Below, piece by piece: positions 22,781 to 30,922 of a DNA stretch of 64,000 bases. The stretch's first letter is position 1. The number at the start of each line of letters is the position of its first letter. The notes under the pieces are model-generated. The model saw nothing but the letters and a program-made list of their open reading frames with translations. It did not search any database and was not told where the DNA came from. Source of the DNA: an uncultured cyanobacterium (lineage in GTDB: Bacteria; Cyanobacteriota; Cyanobacteriia; PCC-9006; JAAUQQ01); contig OY970368.1 in assembly GCA_963718615.1 (NCBI GenBank), positions 1,419,287-1,483,286 on the forward strand, written 5' to 3'. The position numbers were made by a program, and so were the translations under genes.

Positions 22781-25700
22781 ATGACCCAGACCCCTGCCAA
22801 ATTTCAACATCCGGCTGATGGCGATGCCGCAGGTCGTGTGCCTAGCGATCGCCCCACCCTCGACATGACCGAGTTTACTTATTACGCCAGCCCATCGGCA
22901 TCGCAGTTGCGGGGCCAAATGCAAACTTCTGCGGCACTGACCCTGGCCCATCAAGGTCCCCCCCGGCGCTCCAGTTCCCTCGGCCAGCGCTGGGCGAATC
23001 TGACCATGCGCAGCAAGCTGGTGATTCTGCTGTTTGTCAGCGCGGCAATCCCAACGTTGACCGTAACCCAGGGTCTGATTGCCTTGAATAAACACCGGGC
23101 GATTGAAGATGCCAAGGCCTTTGCGGCTCAGCAAGCAGGAGCCTTTCGCGATGAGTACGTGCTCTGGGCAGAAACCGATGCGATGGCTCGGGCCTCAAAC
23201 CTAGCCCGACTGGTGGAGGCCACGGAGATCGATATCAATGACCCCAACGCCCTTGCCGCCAATGCCAGCACGCTGAAAAACTTTTTGACCCTCGACCCCG
23301 TGACCGATCCGGAGACAGCCCAGAGTTTTCAGATGGTGGTCAATGCCCAGGGCAAAACCGTCGCCCAGGATATTCGGCTTTTGGCCACCTCGGGCAAAGT
23401 TCCAGTAACCCTAGAGGAATCATTGGCCGATCATCAAACGGTATCGGTCACTGCACCCCTGGGCCTAGATTTGCAACAGCAATTGCCCTTAGTTAAGTCC
23501 GTCCTCACGCAAGGACAGCCCCAATCCGGGGTCGAAAGTTTGAGTTCGGACCTGGTCAAACAGTTGAAATTGACGGGACAACTGCAATTTGAGGACGAGC
23601 TGGTGGCTCGGGAGGGGAGAGCGTTGACGGCGATCGCCGTCAACCCCATTACCGATGGCAATGGCAAAACCATTGGTGCGGTCATCGTCGGGTCGTTGTT
23701 TAACAATAATTACCTGTTGATGGATACCTTCCGACTGCGTTATGCCGCCTCAGCGGTGGCCGTGTTTGATCGGGAGGTTCAAGTGGCAACCAGCGAACCC
23801 GGTGAACAGGGCAAGCTCCGGCAAACCCAGGTTGACCTCCCCATGACGGTGGAGCAACAGGTGCTTGACCAAGGCCAAGATATGCTACGCATCGACCAGC
23901 AAGGGGGGCATGGGTATTTGCACTATTACTCGCCCCTCTATGACGCCACTCAAGCGATCGATGAAACGGCTAAACCCGTCGGCATGACCTACGTGGGCCA
24001 GTCCTTGGCGGAGGTGGAAGCGCGCTTTATGCGGCAACAACTGTTTGCCTACGCCCTAGGGGGCGGCATGCTTTTGCTGTCGACCCTGCTTGCCTTACCG
24101 GCTGCGGGTTCGGTTGCACGCCCCTTGCAAAAACTCTCGGGCTTTATGCAGCGTGTAGGTCGAGGCGATCGCCGTCTTCGTCTGATGGAAGGGGATCGTC
24201 AAGATGAAGTCGGCTCATTAATGCGGTCCTTGAACCAAATGGTTTCGAGCTTGGAGCAGAACGAACATCAGCTCCAGCAGGAAGTGAATCGCAACCGAAT
24301 TTTGTCCAAGATTGCCAATTTGCGCTCTCTCGATAGCCATGATTTGGCCGAGGGGTTGCAGGATGCCTTGGAAGAAGTGCGGACCTTTATCGATTGCGAT
24401 CGCCTCGTCATCTACCGCTGTGGCTCCACTGCCGAAACCGGACGGGTGGTCTACGAAGCCGGACTCGCGAACTGGCCCTCGGCAGTGGCGCTGAAGATTA
24501 GCGATCGCTGTATTCCCGAATCGGTTTTGCAAGCGTACCGGGCTGGTCAGGTTAAGGCCAATGCCGATGTGCTTAAGGCGGGATTTGGTCCTGAGCACCT
24601 CCGGCTCCTGGAACAGCTCAAAATTAAAGCGAGTTTAATCGTTCCGATCCATAGCAACCAGGAACTCTACGGTCTCTTGATTGCCCATAGTTGTTCAAAA
24701 ATTCGCAATTGGACGCCGATAGAAACGGCGGTGATGCAGGCGGTCTCGGACCAAATTGCGGTCACCCTGGGCTACATTACGTTGCTCGAACAGCAGCGGT
24801 CGGCCCAGGAGACAATCCAGCGGGATAAGGAAACCCTGCAACGCCGCGCCCTCGAATTGCTCCAGGAAGTAGACCCGGTTTCCCAGGGCGACCTGACTGT
24901 GCGCGCGCGGGTGACAGAAGACGAAATTGGCACGGTGGCGGATTCCTACAACTCCACGGTCGAAAGTTTGCGCAAAATTGTCCGTCAGGTGCAGGGGGTT
25001 TCTGCCCAGGTGAGCGGTACGGCGATCGCCAACGACGTCGCGGTGCAAAATCTGGCCCAAGAGGCCCTGCGTCAGGCCGAGCAAATTACTAGCTCCCTGA
25101 GCCATATCCAATCGATGACCGAAACCGTTCAGGCGCTGACCCAACAGGCCATGGCGGCCCAGACGGCAGTGGCCACAACCACCGCGACCGTGGAAGTGAG
25201 CGATCGCACCATGACCCTCGCGGTGGAAGGGATGACCACCATTCGCGAAACCGTGGCGGAAACCACCCGCAAAATGGAAGGTCTCGAAGAAGCCTCCCAG
25301 CGGATTTCCCAGGTGATTCGTCTGATTAGTACGTTTGCGGCTCAGACCCACATGCTAGCGATGAAAGCCTCGATCGAAGCGGCCCGTGCCGGAGAACGGG
25401 GAGAGGGCTTTGCGGTGATTGCCGATGAAGTCCGCAGCTTGGCGGCCCGTTCGGCTCAGGCGACCGCCGATATTGAAGCAATCATCAACAGTATCCAGTT
25501 GGCCACCCAGGATGTGCTAGCAGCGATGGAGGTGGAGAACAAGCAGGTGGCGAAGGAAATGCAGCTCGTCGACGATACCCGCGTCAGTCTGACACAAATT
25601 ACCGCCGCCAATGCCCAGGTGACTCAGTTGGTGACGGCGATCGCCCAAACCACCGAAACCCAAACCCAAGCCTCCGACGCCACCGCACGCACCATCGTTG

Positions 25701-25822
25701 AGGTCGCGGATCTCGTCCGCCAGACCTCGGCGGAAGCGAGCAAAGTGTCCGAATCCTTCAAGGGTTTGCTCCAGGCCGCGCAACTGCTGCAAGCGGAAGT
25801 GGCGCGTTTCAAAGTCGATTAA
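22781..25822 (+). CDS. methyl-accepting chemotaxis protein, paralogue of the upstream MCP (2 TM, periplasmic domain, HAMP, GAF, MCP signalling domain)
   Basis: Shares near-identical stretches with the upstream MCP (QGDLT[IV][17 protein letters not shown]). GAF region DRLVIYRCGS contains Cys but no Cys-His pair. Confidence 0.85.
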   Translation: MTQTPAKFQHPADGDAAGRVPSDRPTLDMTEFTYYASPSASQLRGQMQTSAALTLAHQGPPRRSSSLGQRWANLTMRSKLVILLFVSAAIPTLTVTQGLIALNKHRAIEDAKAFAAQQAGAFRDEYVLWAETDAMARASNLARLVEATEIDINDPNALAANASTLKNFLTLDPVTDPETAQSFQMVVNAQGKTVAQDIRLLATSGKVPVTLEESLADHQTVSVTAPLGLDLQQQLPLVKSVLTQGQPQSGVESLSSDLVKQLKLTGQLQFEDELVAREGRALTAIAVNPITDGNGKTIGAVIVGSLFNNNYLLMDTFRLRYAASAVAVFDREVQVATSEPGEQGKLRQTQVDLPMTVEQQVLDQGQDMLRIDQQGGHGYLHYYSPLYDATQAIDETAKPVGMTYVGQSLAEVEARFMRQQLFAYALGGGMLLLSTLLALPAAGSVARPLQKLSGFMQRVGRGDRRLRLMEGDRQDEVGSLMRSLNQMVSSLEQNEHQLQQEVNRNRILSKIANLRSLDSHDLAEGLQDALEEVRTFIDCDRLVIYRCGSTAETGRVVYEAGLANWPSAVALKISDRCIPESVLQAYRAGQVKANADVLKAGFGPEHLRLLEQLKIKASLIVPIHSNQELYGLLIAHSCSKIRNWTPIETAVMQAVSDQIAVTLGYITLLEQQRSAQETIQRDKETLQRRALELLQEVDPVSQGDLTVRARVTEDEIGTVADSYNSTVESLRKIVRQVQGVSAQVSGTAIANDVAVQNLAQEALRQAEQITSSLSHIQSMTETVQALTQQAMAAQTAVATTTATVEVSDRTMTLAVEGMTTIRETVAETTRKMEGLEEASQRISQVIRLISTFAAQTHMLAMKASIEAARAGERGEGFAVIADEVRSLAARSAQATADIEAIINSIQLATQDVLAAMEVENKQVAKEMQLVDDTRVSLTQITAANAQVTQLVTAIAQTTETQTQASDATARTIVEVADLVRQTSAEASKVSESFKGLLQAAQLLQAEVARFKVD

Positions 25823-25898
25823 ATCTCTGCATGCCTCTTGATAGAGCCCTGCGGTTCCCCTGTTTTCTCATCATTGATTTTCAAAGGCTTCGCATACT

Positions 25899-28800
25899 AT
25901 GGCAGTTAATCCTGATATCCACGATAGGGCCTATCAGTTCTTCATCGAAGAAGTCCCGGAACTGTTACAGGCGATCGAGAGAGGCATTTTAGAGCTGCGC
26001 CAGGACCGTAGCGCCAATATTGTCCATGAGGTCATGCGGGCAGCTCACTCGATTAAGGGCGGGGCCGCTAGCGTCGAGTTAGAGGCGATCAAGTGCATTG
26101 CTCACCGGCTGGAAACGGCTTTTCGTGCCCTCTATGATGCCACGGTAGAAATTGACGTCGAGCTGGAGAGTCTGCTGCTCCAAGGCTATGACTGTTTGCA
26201 ACAACCCCTCCAGGAGCAGATGGACACGGGGCGACATGATGCGGAGCAGGCCCTGGCGATCGCCACCCCCGTTCTAGAGGCGATCGAAGCCAAGCTGGGA
26301 GCAGAGGCCCTCAGCCACGCCGATAGCTATATTCCCAGTTCTTCGGATCTGGGCGTCGACATGGTGGTTTCCATCTTTGAAATCGATGTGGAGGAGGGCA
26401 TTGCCCGCTTAGAAGAAGTGGCTGCCAACCCAACGGCGTTCCCGGTGGCGGGGGAATTGCAAACCCAGGCGGAAGTGTTTGCGGGATTTGGGGAACTGTT
26501 GGAGTTGCCTGGTTTTGGGGCGATCGCCCAGGCCGTCATGGATGCCCTCGACCACCATCCGACCCAAGCCACGGAAATTTTGCACTTGGCGCTAGTGGAC
26601 TTGAAGGCGGCTCGGGATTTGGTCATGGGGGGCGATCGCGACCAGGGTGGTGCACCTTCGGCAGCATTGTTGGCCTTGGCCCAGGGTGCTGGCGCAGGGC
26701 GTGATGGACAGGATAGGACGATGGAGTTGGAGGCCATGATGTCGGTCTCCAACAGTTTGGCAGATACAGGCGAGGCGATTGATGACGCAGATGACTTTTC
26801 CTTCTCGGATGCCGATTTTGGCGAACCGCTCGATGGCGACGGGTTTAGCTTTGAGATGGACGATTCAGCCTTTGGGGAGTTGCTGAACTCGGCCAATGCT
26901 CTTCAATCGGTGCTTTCGGGCGAGCGAGGCATAGAGGAAGAACCCTCCGCCGATCCGTTCAGTCAAGGATTGGGCGAAGGATTGGGCGGAGGACTCAGTG
27001 AGGCGTTTGATGAAGAGTTCGCCGCTGAGGACGAATCTCAAAAGGTTGAGGATGTCTGGGAAGATGATCCTTGGGCTCCTCCCAGCACGGTGGCGGAGGA
27101 AACCACGGAAGGGGGGATTGATTTTGATGCTATTTTTGGCCGTATCGCCGAGGAAGAAGACTTTGGCGAATCAGGGGTTGAATCAGGAGCCGAGCCTATC
27201 CCTCAAGTTACAGCGGAGCCCATCAGCGAAGCGGTTGAATTAACGCCTGACGCCATTCTTGAACCGATTTCCGAACCCATTATTGAAGCGTCTACAACTG
27301 CATCCCCAATTGCATCCCAGGACTTGAGTGATACGACTCCAACCGCAGATCTTAACAATCTTTTGGATGCGTTTGATTTCTCGGCAGTCGATGGCACTCA
27401 CGACCCATCTGAGGAATTAGTCTCTGAGCCAACTGTTGAGCCTAAAATATTTGAGCAGACCTGGATTCAACAAATTGATGAGGGCACCTTTATCCAATCG
27501 GAGCGGTTTGATTCTGTTCCCATTGATGCCTTAGATAATGACTTGAATGAAGCTGAGGTGCATGCAACTGAGTTGCAGACAGCTGAGTCAGAGGCAGCTG
27601 GGTCAGAGGCGATCGCCCCCTCCCCCAAATCTCAAGATCATTTGCTCGCCCTTGGGGATTTAGCAGCATTTATCCCCCCCGCTGAAATCAATTCCGATGA
27701 AATTAATCCCTATGAAACGGCCCAGGTATTGTCCTGGCTTTCCGAGGATTCTAGTGAAAGTGATTTTGGCGAAAGTGATTTTGGCGAAAGTGATTTTGGC
27801 GAGAGTGATCCCAATGCTCCCGTAGAGGCAGATTCAGCCTCCTCGGCCACTTCCCCATTCATACCCCCATTCGCAGAAGAGCCCGACCTCAAAGCCGCTG
27901 AAGCCGCACTGTTTGGCATTCCCTCCCCAACTCCCAGCAACTCACTCACCGATGCCGCAGTTCAGGTCGCCTTGGCCGAATTGCATGCCCAACAACCGGA
28001 GGGGTTCGACCCCTCGACGGAGGGCACTAATGTTGTAGGGTCTCCAACCCCGAGCGCTGTCGATCCAGCCCTGGAATCGATCATGGAATTGGTCGCAGAA
28101 TCGGCCCTGGAATCGGCCACAGAGTCAGGAACAGAATCAACTACGGCATCAACGCTAGAATCGGTCATGGAATCGGCCATGAAGTCCGTGGAGGAGATGT
28201 TTGATCAACTTCCGGCGATCGCAGAACTCCCCGAGACTATGCTTGCCCCCCAAGCCGCAGCTGCCGCCTCTGCGGACCCAGCCGAGAGTTCAGCCGAGTC
28301 CGACAAGCCCGACGCCAAATCCAAGAGCCAACGCTCAGGCGCACCCCTCTCGGGCATCTCGGTGCGGGTAGACCTCGGTGTGCTGGAGCGGATGAATAAT
28401 CTGGTGGGTGAGCTGATTCTCAGCCGCAACAGCGCGTCACTCCAGCATGAGCAACTGCAAACCGTCGTGGGACAACTGGCAAAACGGTTTAAGACGTTTG
28501 AAAGCCTAATTGATGGGTTGCGGTCTGTTGCTGACCAAATGCTGGTGAAACCAGGATCTGTGAATTCAGCGCCGACAGCAGCGACACCGGCTGCTTCATT
28601 GGCCTCTCTGTTAAATAACGGATTAAACAATGGTGACGAGGCCGCAGAAGGAACCTTCCTAGACGGTTTTGATGCCCTAGAAATGGATCGCTACAGCGAT
28701 TTGCACGGTCAACTCCAATCGGTGTTTGAGGAACTCATGCAGTTGCAAGAAGGGGTAGACGATATTGATGTTCTGCTCGAACAATCAACCCAAAACTTAA

Positions 28801-30401
28801 CGCAGCAGCGCCAACGCCTGAGCCGTCTGCAAAATGAGCTGATGTGGGCAAGAATGCTACCCTTAGATGACATTTTGAGCCGGTTTCCTCGGGTTCTGCG
28901 GGATTTGTCGGCCAAGCATGGCAAAGCGGTGGATTTGAAGCTAGAGGGAACCCATGTGCTCGTGGACAAAGGGGTTCTAGAAAAGCTCAATGACCCGATG
29001 CTGCATCTCCTGCGCAATGCCTTTGACCACGGCATCGAAACCCCCGAATCTCGGAAAACCCAAGGCAAAGCCGAACGGGGGACGATCGCCATTCGCGCCT
29101 ACTATCAAGGCAACCAAACCGTCATCGAAATCAACGATGATGGCCGGGGTTTAAACCTCGACAAAATTGCCCGTCGTGCCCTAGAACTCGGCTGGCTGTC
29201 CCGCGAGGAACTCAAAACCATTCCCCAGCAGGTGGTTGCAGATTTAATTTTTGAACCAGGCTTTTCCACGGCGGATCAGGTCAGCGATCTCTCGGGTCGA
29301 GGCGTCGGTCTGGATGTGGTGCGGGATCAGCTCAAGTCGCTCAAAGGCAGTGTCAGCGTCTCGTCCAAACCGGGCCAAGGCACTACCTTTAAGCTTAGCT
29401 TGCCGGTAACGTTGAGTGTGGCGAAGCTGATGGTTTGTCAGGTGGGACCGTTGGCGATCGCCCTCCCCTCCGATGCCATCGAAGATCTGCTCGTGCCAGA
29501 ACCCCGCAAAATCAAAATGGTGGCCAATCAGCGTTTCCTCCACTGGCGAGATGACCTGATTTCCATTCACGCCCTCAGCGAAATGCTGGAGTACAACTGT
29601 CCTTTACCCGACGCCACCTCGCTCAAGAGTCTGACAGACTCAACGATTCCGGTGCCCCAAGACTGGGCCATGCCGTTGCTGATCTTTAGCCGCAACAACC
29701 AATGTTTTGCCCTGGAAGTCAATCGGCTGCTGATGGAGCAGGAACTGGTGGTCAAACCCTTTGGTCCGGCGGTGAGCCCCCCTCCCTACGCCTACGGCTG
29801 TACGATCCTCGGTGATGGCCGCATGATTCCGGTGTTAGACAGCGTGGCCCTGTACAACGCCATCCAGGGTAACCCCCAGGAAACCCTCAGTGGGGTTGGG
29901 ATCGAGTTGGGCGGCGATGCCGTAGAAGCGAAGGCAGCCCCAACAGCTATCCCCATGGCCCCCGTGGCGATCGCCCCTCCCCCCATGAGCACCGTCTCGA
30001 CGATGCAAATGGCGAAGACGATCCTAGTGGTGGATGACTCCACCGCCATGCGCCGAACTTTAGCGCTGAGCCTCGAAAAAGCGGGCTATCGCGTGGTTCA
30101 AGCCGGGGACGGCCAAGAAGCCCTAGAGCAACTGCGCCAGAGCAATGCCATTCAACTGGTCATCTGCGATGTTGAGATGCCCAACATGAATGGGTTTGAG
30201 TTCCTCAGCCAACGTCGTCGCGAACCCCAACTGCTGGGTACCCCTGTGGTGATGCTGACCTCCCGTAGTAGCGACAAACACCGTCGCCTCGCACTTCAGC
30301 TCAATGCCGATGGCTACTTCAGCAAACCCTATGTGGAACAGGAATTTCTCAAGGCTATTCAAGGCATTTTGGAAACTACTCCCACGGCAATCACCCTATG
30401 A
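25899..30401 (+). CDS. CheA-type histidine kinase / CheY hybrid (HPt, long acidic repeat-rich linker, dimerisation plus HATPase_c, CheW-like domain, C-terminal receiver)
   Basis: HPt motif AHSIKGGAASVE. Kinase N/G boxes HLLRNAFDHGIE, DDGRGL, GRGVGLDVV. C-terminal REC ILVVDDS ... ICDVEMPNMNG. Confidence 0.9.
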   Translation: MAVNPDIHDRAYQFFIEEVPELLQAIERGILELRQDRSANIVHEVMRAAHSIKGGAASVELEAIKCIAHRLETAFRALYDATVEIDVELESLLLQGYDCLQQPLQEQMDTGRHDAEQALAIATPVLEAIEAKLGAEALSHADSYIPSSSDLGVDMVVSIFEIDVEEGIARLEEVAANPTAFPVAGELQTQAEVFAGFGELLELPGFGAIAQAVMDALDHHPTQATEILHLALVDLKAARDLVMGGDRDQGGAPSAALLALAQGAGAGRDGQDRTMELEAMMSVSNSLADTGEAIDDADDFSFSDADFGEPLDGDGFSFEMDDSAFGELLNSANALQSVLSGERGIEEEPSADPFSQGLGEGLGGGLSEAFDEEFAAEDESQKVEDVWEDDPWAPPSTVAEETTEGGIDFDAIFGRIAEEEDFGESGVESGAEPIPQVTAEPISEAVELTPDAILEPISEPIIEASTTASPIASQDLSDTTPTADLNNLLDAFDFSAVDGTHDPSEELVSEPTVEPKIFEQTWIQQIDEGTFIQSERFDSVPIDALDNDLNEAEVHATELQTAESEAAGSEAIAPSPKSQDHLLALGDLAAFIPPAEINSDEINPYETAQVLSWLSEDSSESDFGESDFGESDFGESDPNAPVEADSASSATSPFIPPFAEEPDLKAAEAALFGIPSPTPSNSLTDAAVQVALAELHAQQPEGFDPSTEGTNVVGSPTPSAVDPALESIMELVAESALESATESGTESTTASTLESVMESAMKSVEEMFDQLPAIAELPETMLAPQAAAAASADPAESSAESDKPDAKSKSQRSGAPLSGISVRVDLGVLERMNNLVGELILSRNSASLQHEQLQTVVGQLAKRFKTFESLIDGLRSVADQMLVKPGSVNSAPTAATPAASLASLLNNGLNNGDEAAEGTFLDGFDALEMDRYSDLHGQLQSVFEELMQLQEGVDDIDVLLEQSTQNLTQQRQRLSRLQNELMWARMLPLDDILSRFPRVLRDLSAKHGKAVDLKLEGTHVLVDKGVLEKLNDPMLHLLRNAFDHGIETPESRKTQGKAERGTIAIRAYYQGNQTVIEINDDGRGLNLDKIARRALELGWLSREELKTIPQQVVADLIFEPGFSTADQVSDLSGRGVGLDVVRDQLKSLKGSVSVSSKPGQGTTFKLSLPVTLSVAKLMVCQVGPLAIALPSDAIEDLLVPEPRKIKMVANQRFLHWRDDLISIHALSEMLEYNCPLPDATSLKSLTDSTIPVPQDWAMPLLIFSRNNQCFALEVNRLLMEQELVVKPFGPAVSPPPYAYGCTILGDGRMIPVLDSVALYNAIQGNPQETLSGVGIELGGDAVEAKAAPTAIPMAPVAIAPPPMSTVSTMQMAKTILVVDDSTAMRRTLALSLEKAGYRVVQAGDGQEALEQLRQSNAIQLVICDVEMPNMNGFEFLSQRRREPQLLGTPVVMLTSRSSDKHRRLALQLNADGYFSKPYVEQEFLKAIQGILETTPTAITL
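27756..27809 (+). repeat. perfect 15-bp tandem repeat (gaaagtgattttggc x3 plus partial) encoding (ESDFG)n inside the CheA linker
   Basis: read directly; the surrounding 1.5 kb of linker is acidic low-complexity with further imperfect repeats (ESALESATESGTES ...). Confidence 0.8.
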
Positions 30402-30922
30402 CAAGCCTTCTCTCCAGAATCCAACCCTCTTCGGGCTCGGCCAATCCAGCCAGCGAAACCGGAGAACTGATCAAATTTGTGGTCTTCGCGTTAGGCTCAC
30501 TCAGTCTGGCACTGCCGATGAAAGCCATCAGCCGCGTGGTCAACATGCCCCAGGTGCATAGCAGTGGCCTGCGGGCCGTGGGGGTCACGACGGTAGGCCA
30601 GATGGAGCTGACGATTGTCGACTTGCACCGACAACTGTTTCAGACCTCGGCACCGACCTCGGATGAAAAACCGGGCTATCTCGTGATCTTGCCCACCCCT
30701 AGCGGGGAGCCGGTTGGCATTCCCATCGCCGAGACCCCCCTGTTGATGGATGTGCCCACCTCGGCAATTCGGGTGCTGCCTGCGGCCTATCGTCAGGCGG
30801 ATACGCTTTCGATCGCCAGCCACATTGCTCGGATTCCGACGGAAACGGGAGAACTCCAGTCGATTTTTCTACTGGATGTGCAAGCAGTCATGGCGCTGCT
30901 GTCTATGGATCACCGCGCCTAG
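30398..30922 (+). CDS. CheW-like coupling protein, translationally coupled to cheA (ATGA overlap)
   Basis: 174 aa; LIKFVVFALGSLSLALPMKAISRVVNMP, a CheW-domain pattern; start overlaps the cheA stop. Confidence 0.75.
   Translation: MTSLLSRIQPSSGSANPASETGELIKFVVFALGSLSLALPMKAISRVVNMPQVHSSGLRAVGVTTVGQMELTIVDLHRQLFQTSAPTSDEKPGYLVILPTPSGEPVGIPIAETPLLMDVPTSAIRVLPAAYRQADTLSIASHIARIPTETGELQSIFLLDVQAVMALLSMDHRA

Noticed and set aside
19721-25822. GAF domains of the two MCPs as cyanobacteriochrome (bilin-binding) photoreceptors, as in PixJ1
   Set aside because: The first GAF has no Cys at all. The second has Cys residues (IYRCGS, SDRCIPE, AHSCSK), but none is followed by the conserved His of the canonical Cys-His chromophore site, and there is no DXCF motif.
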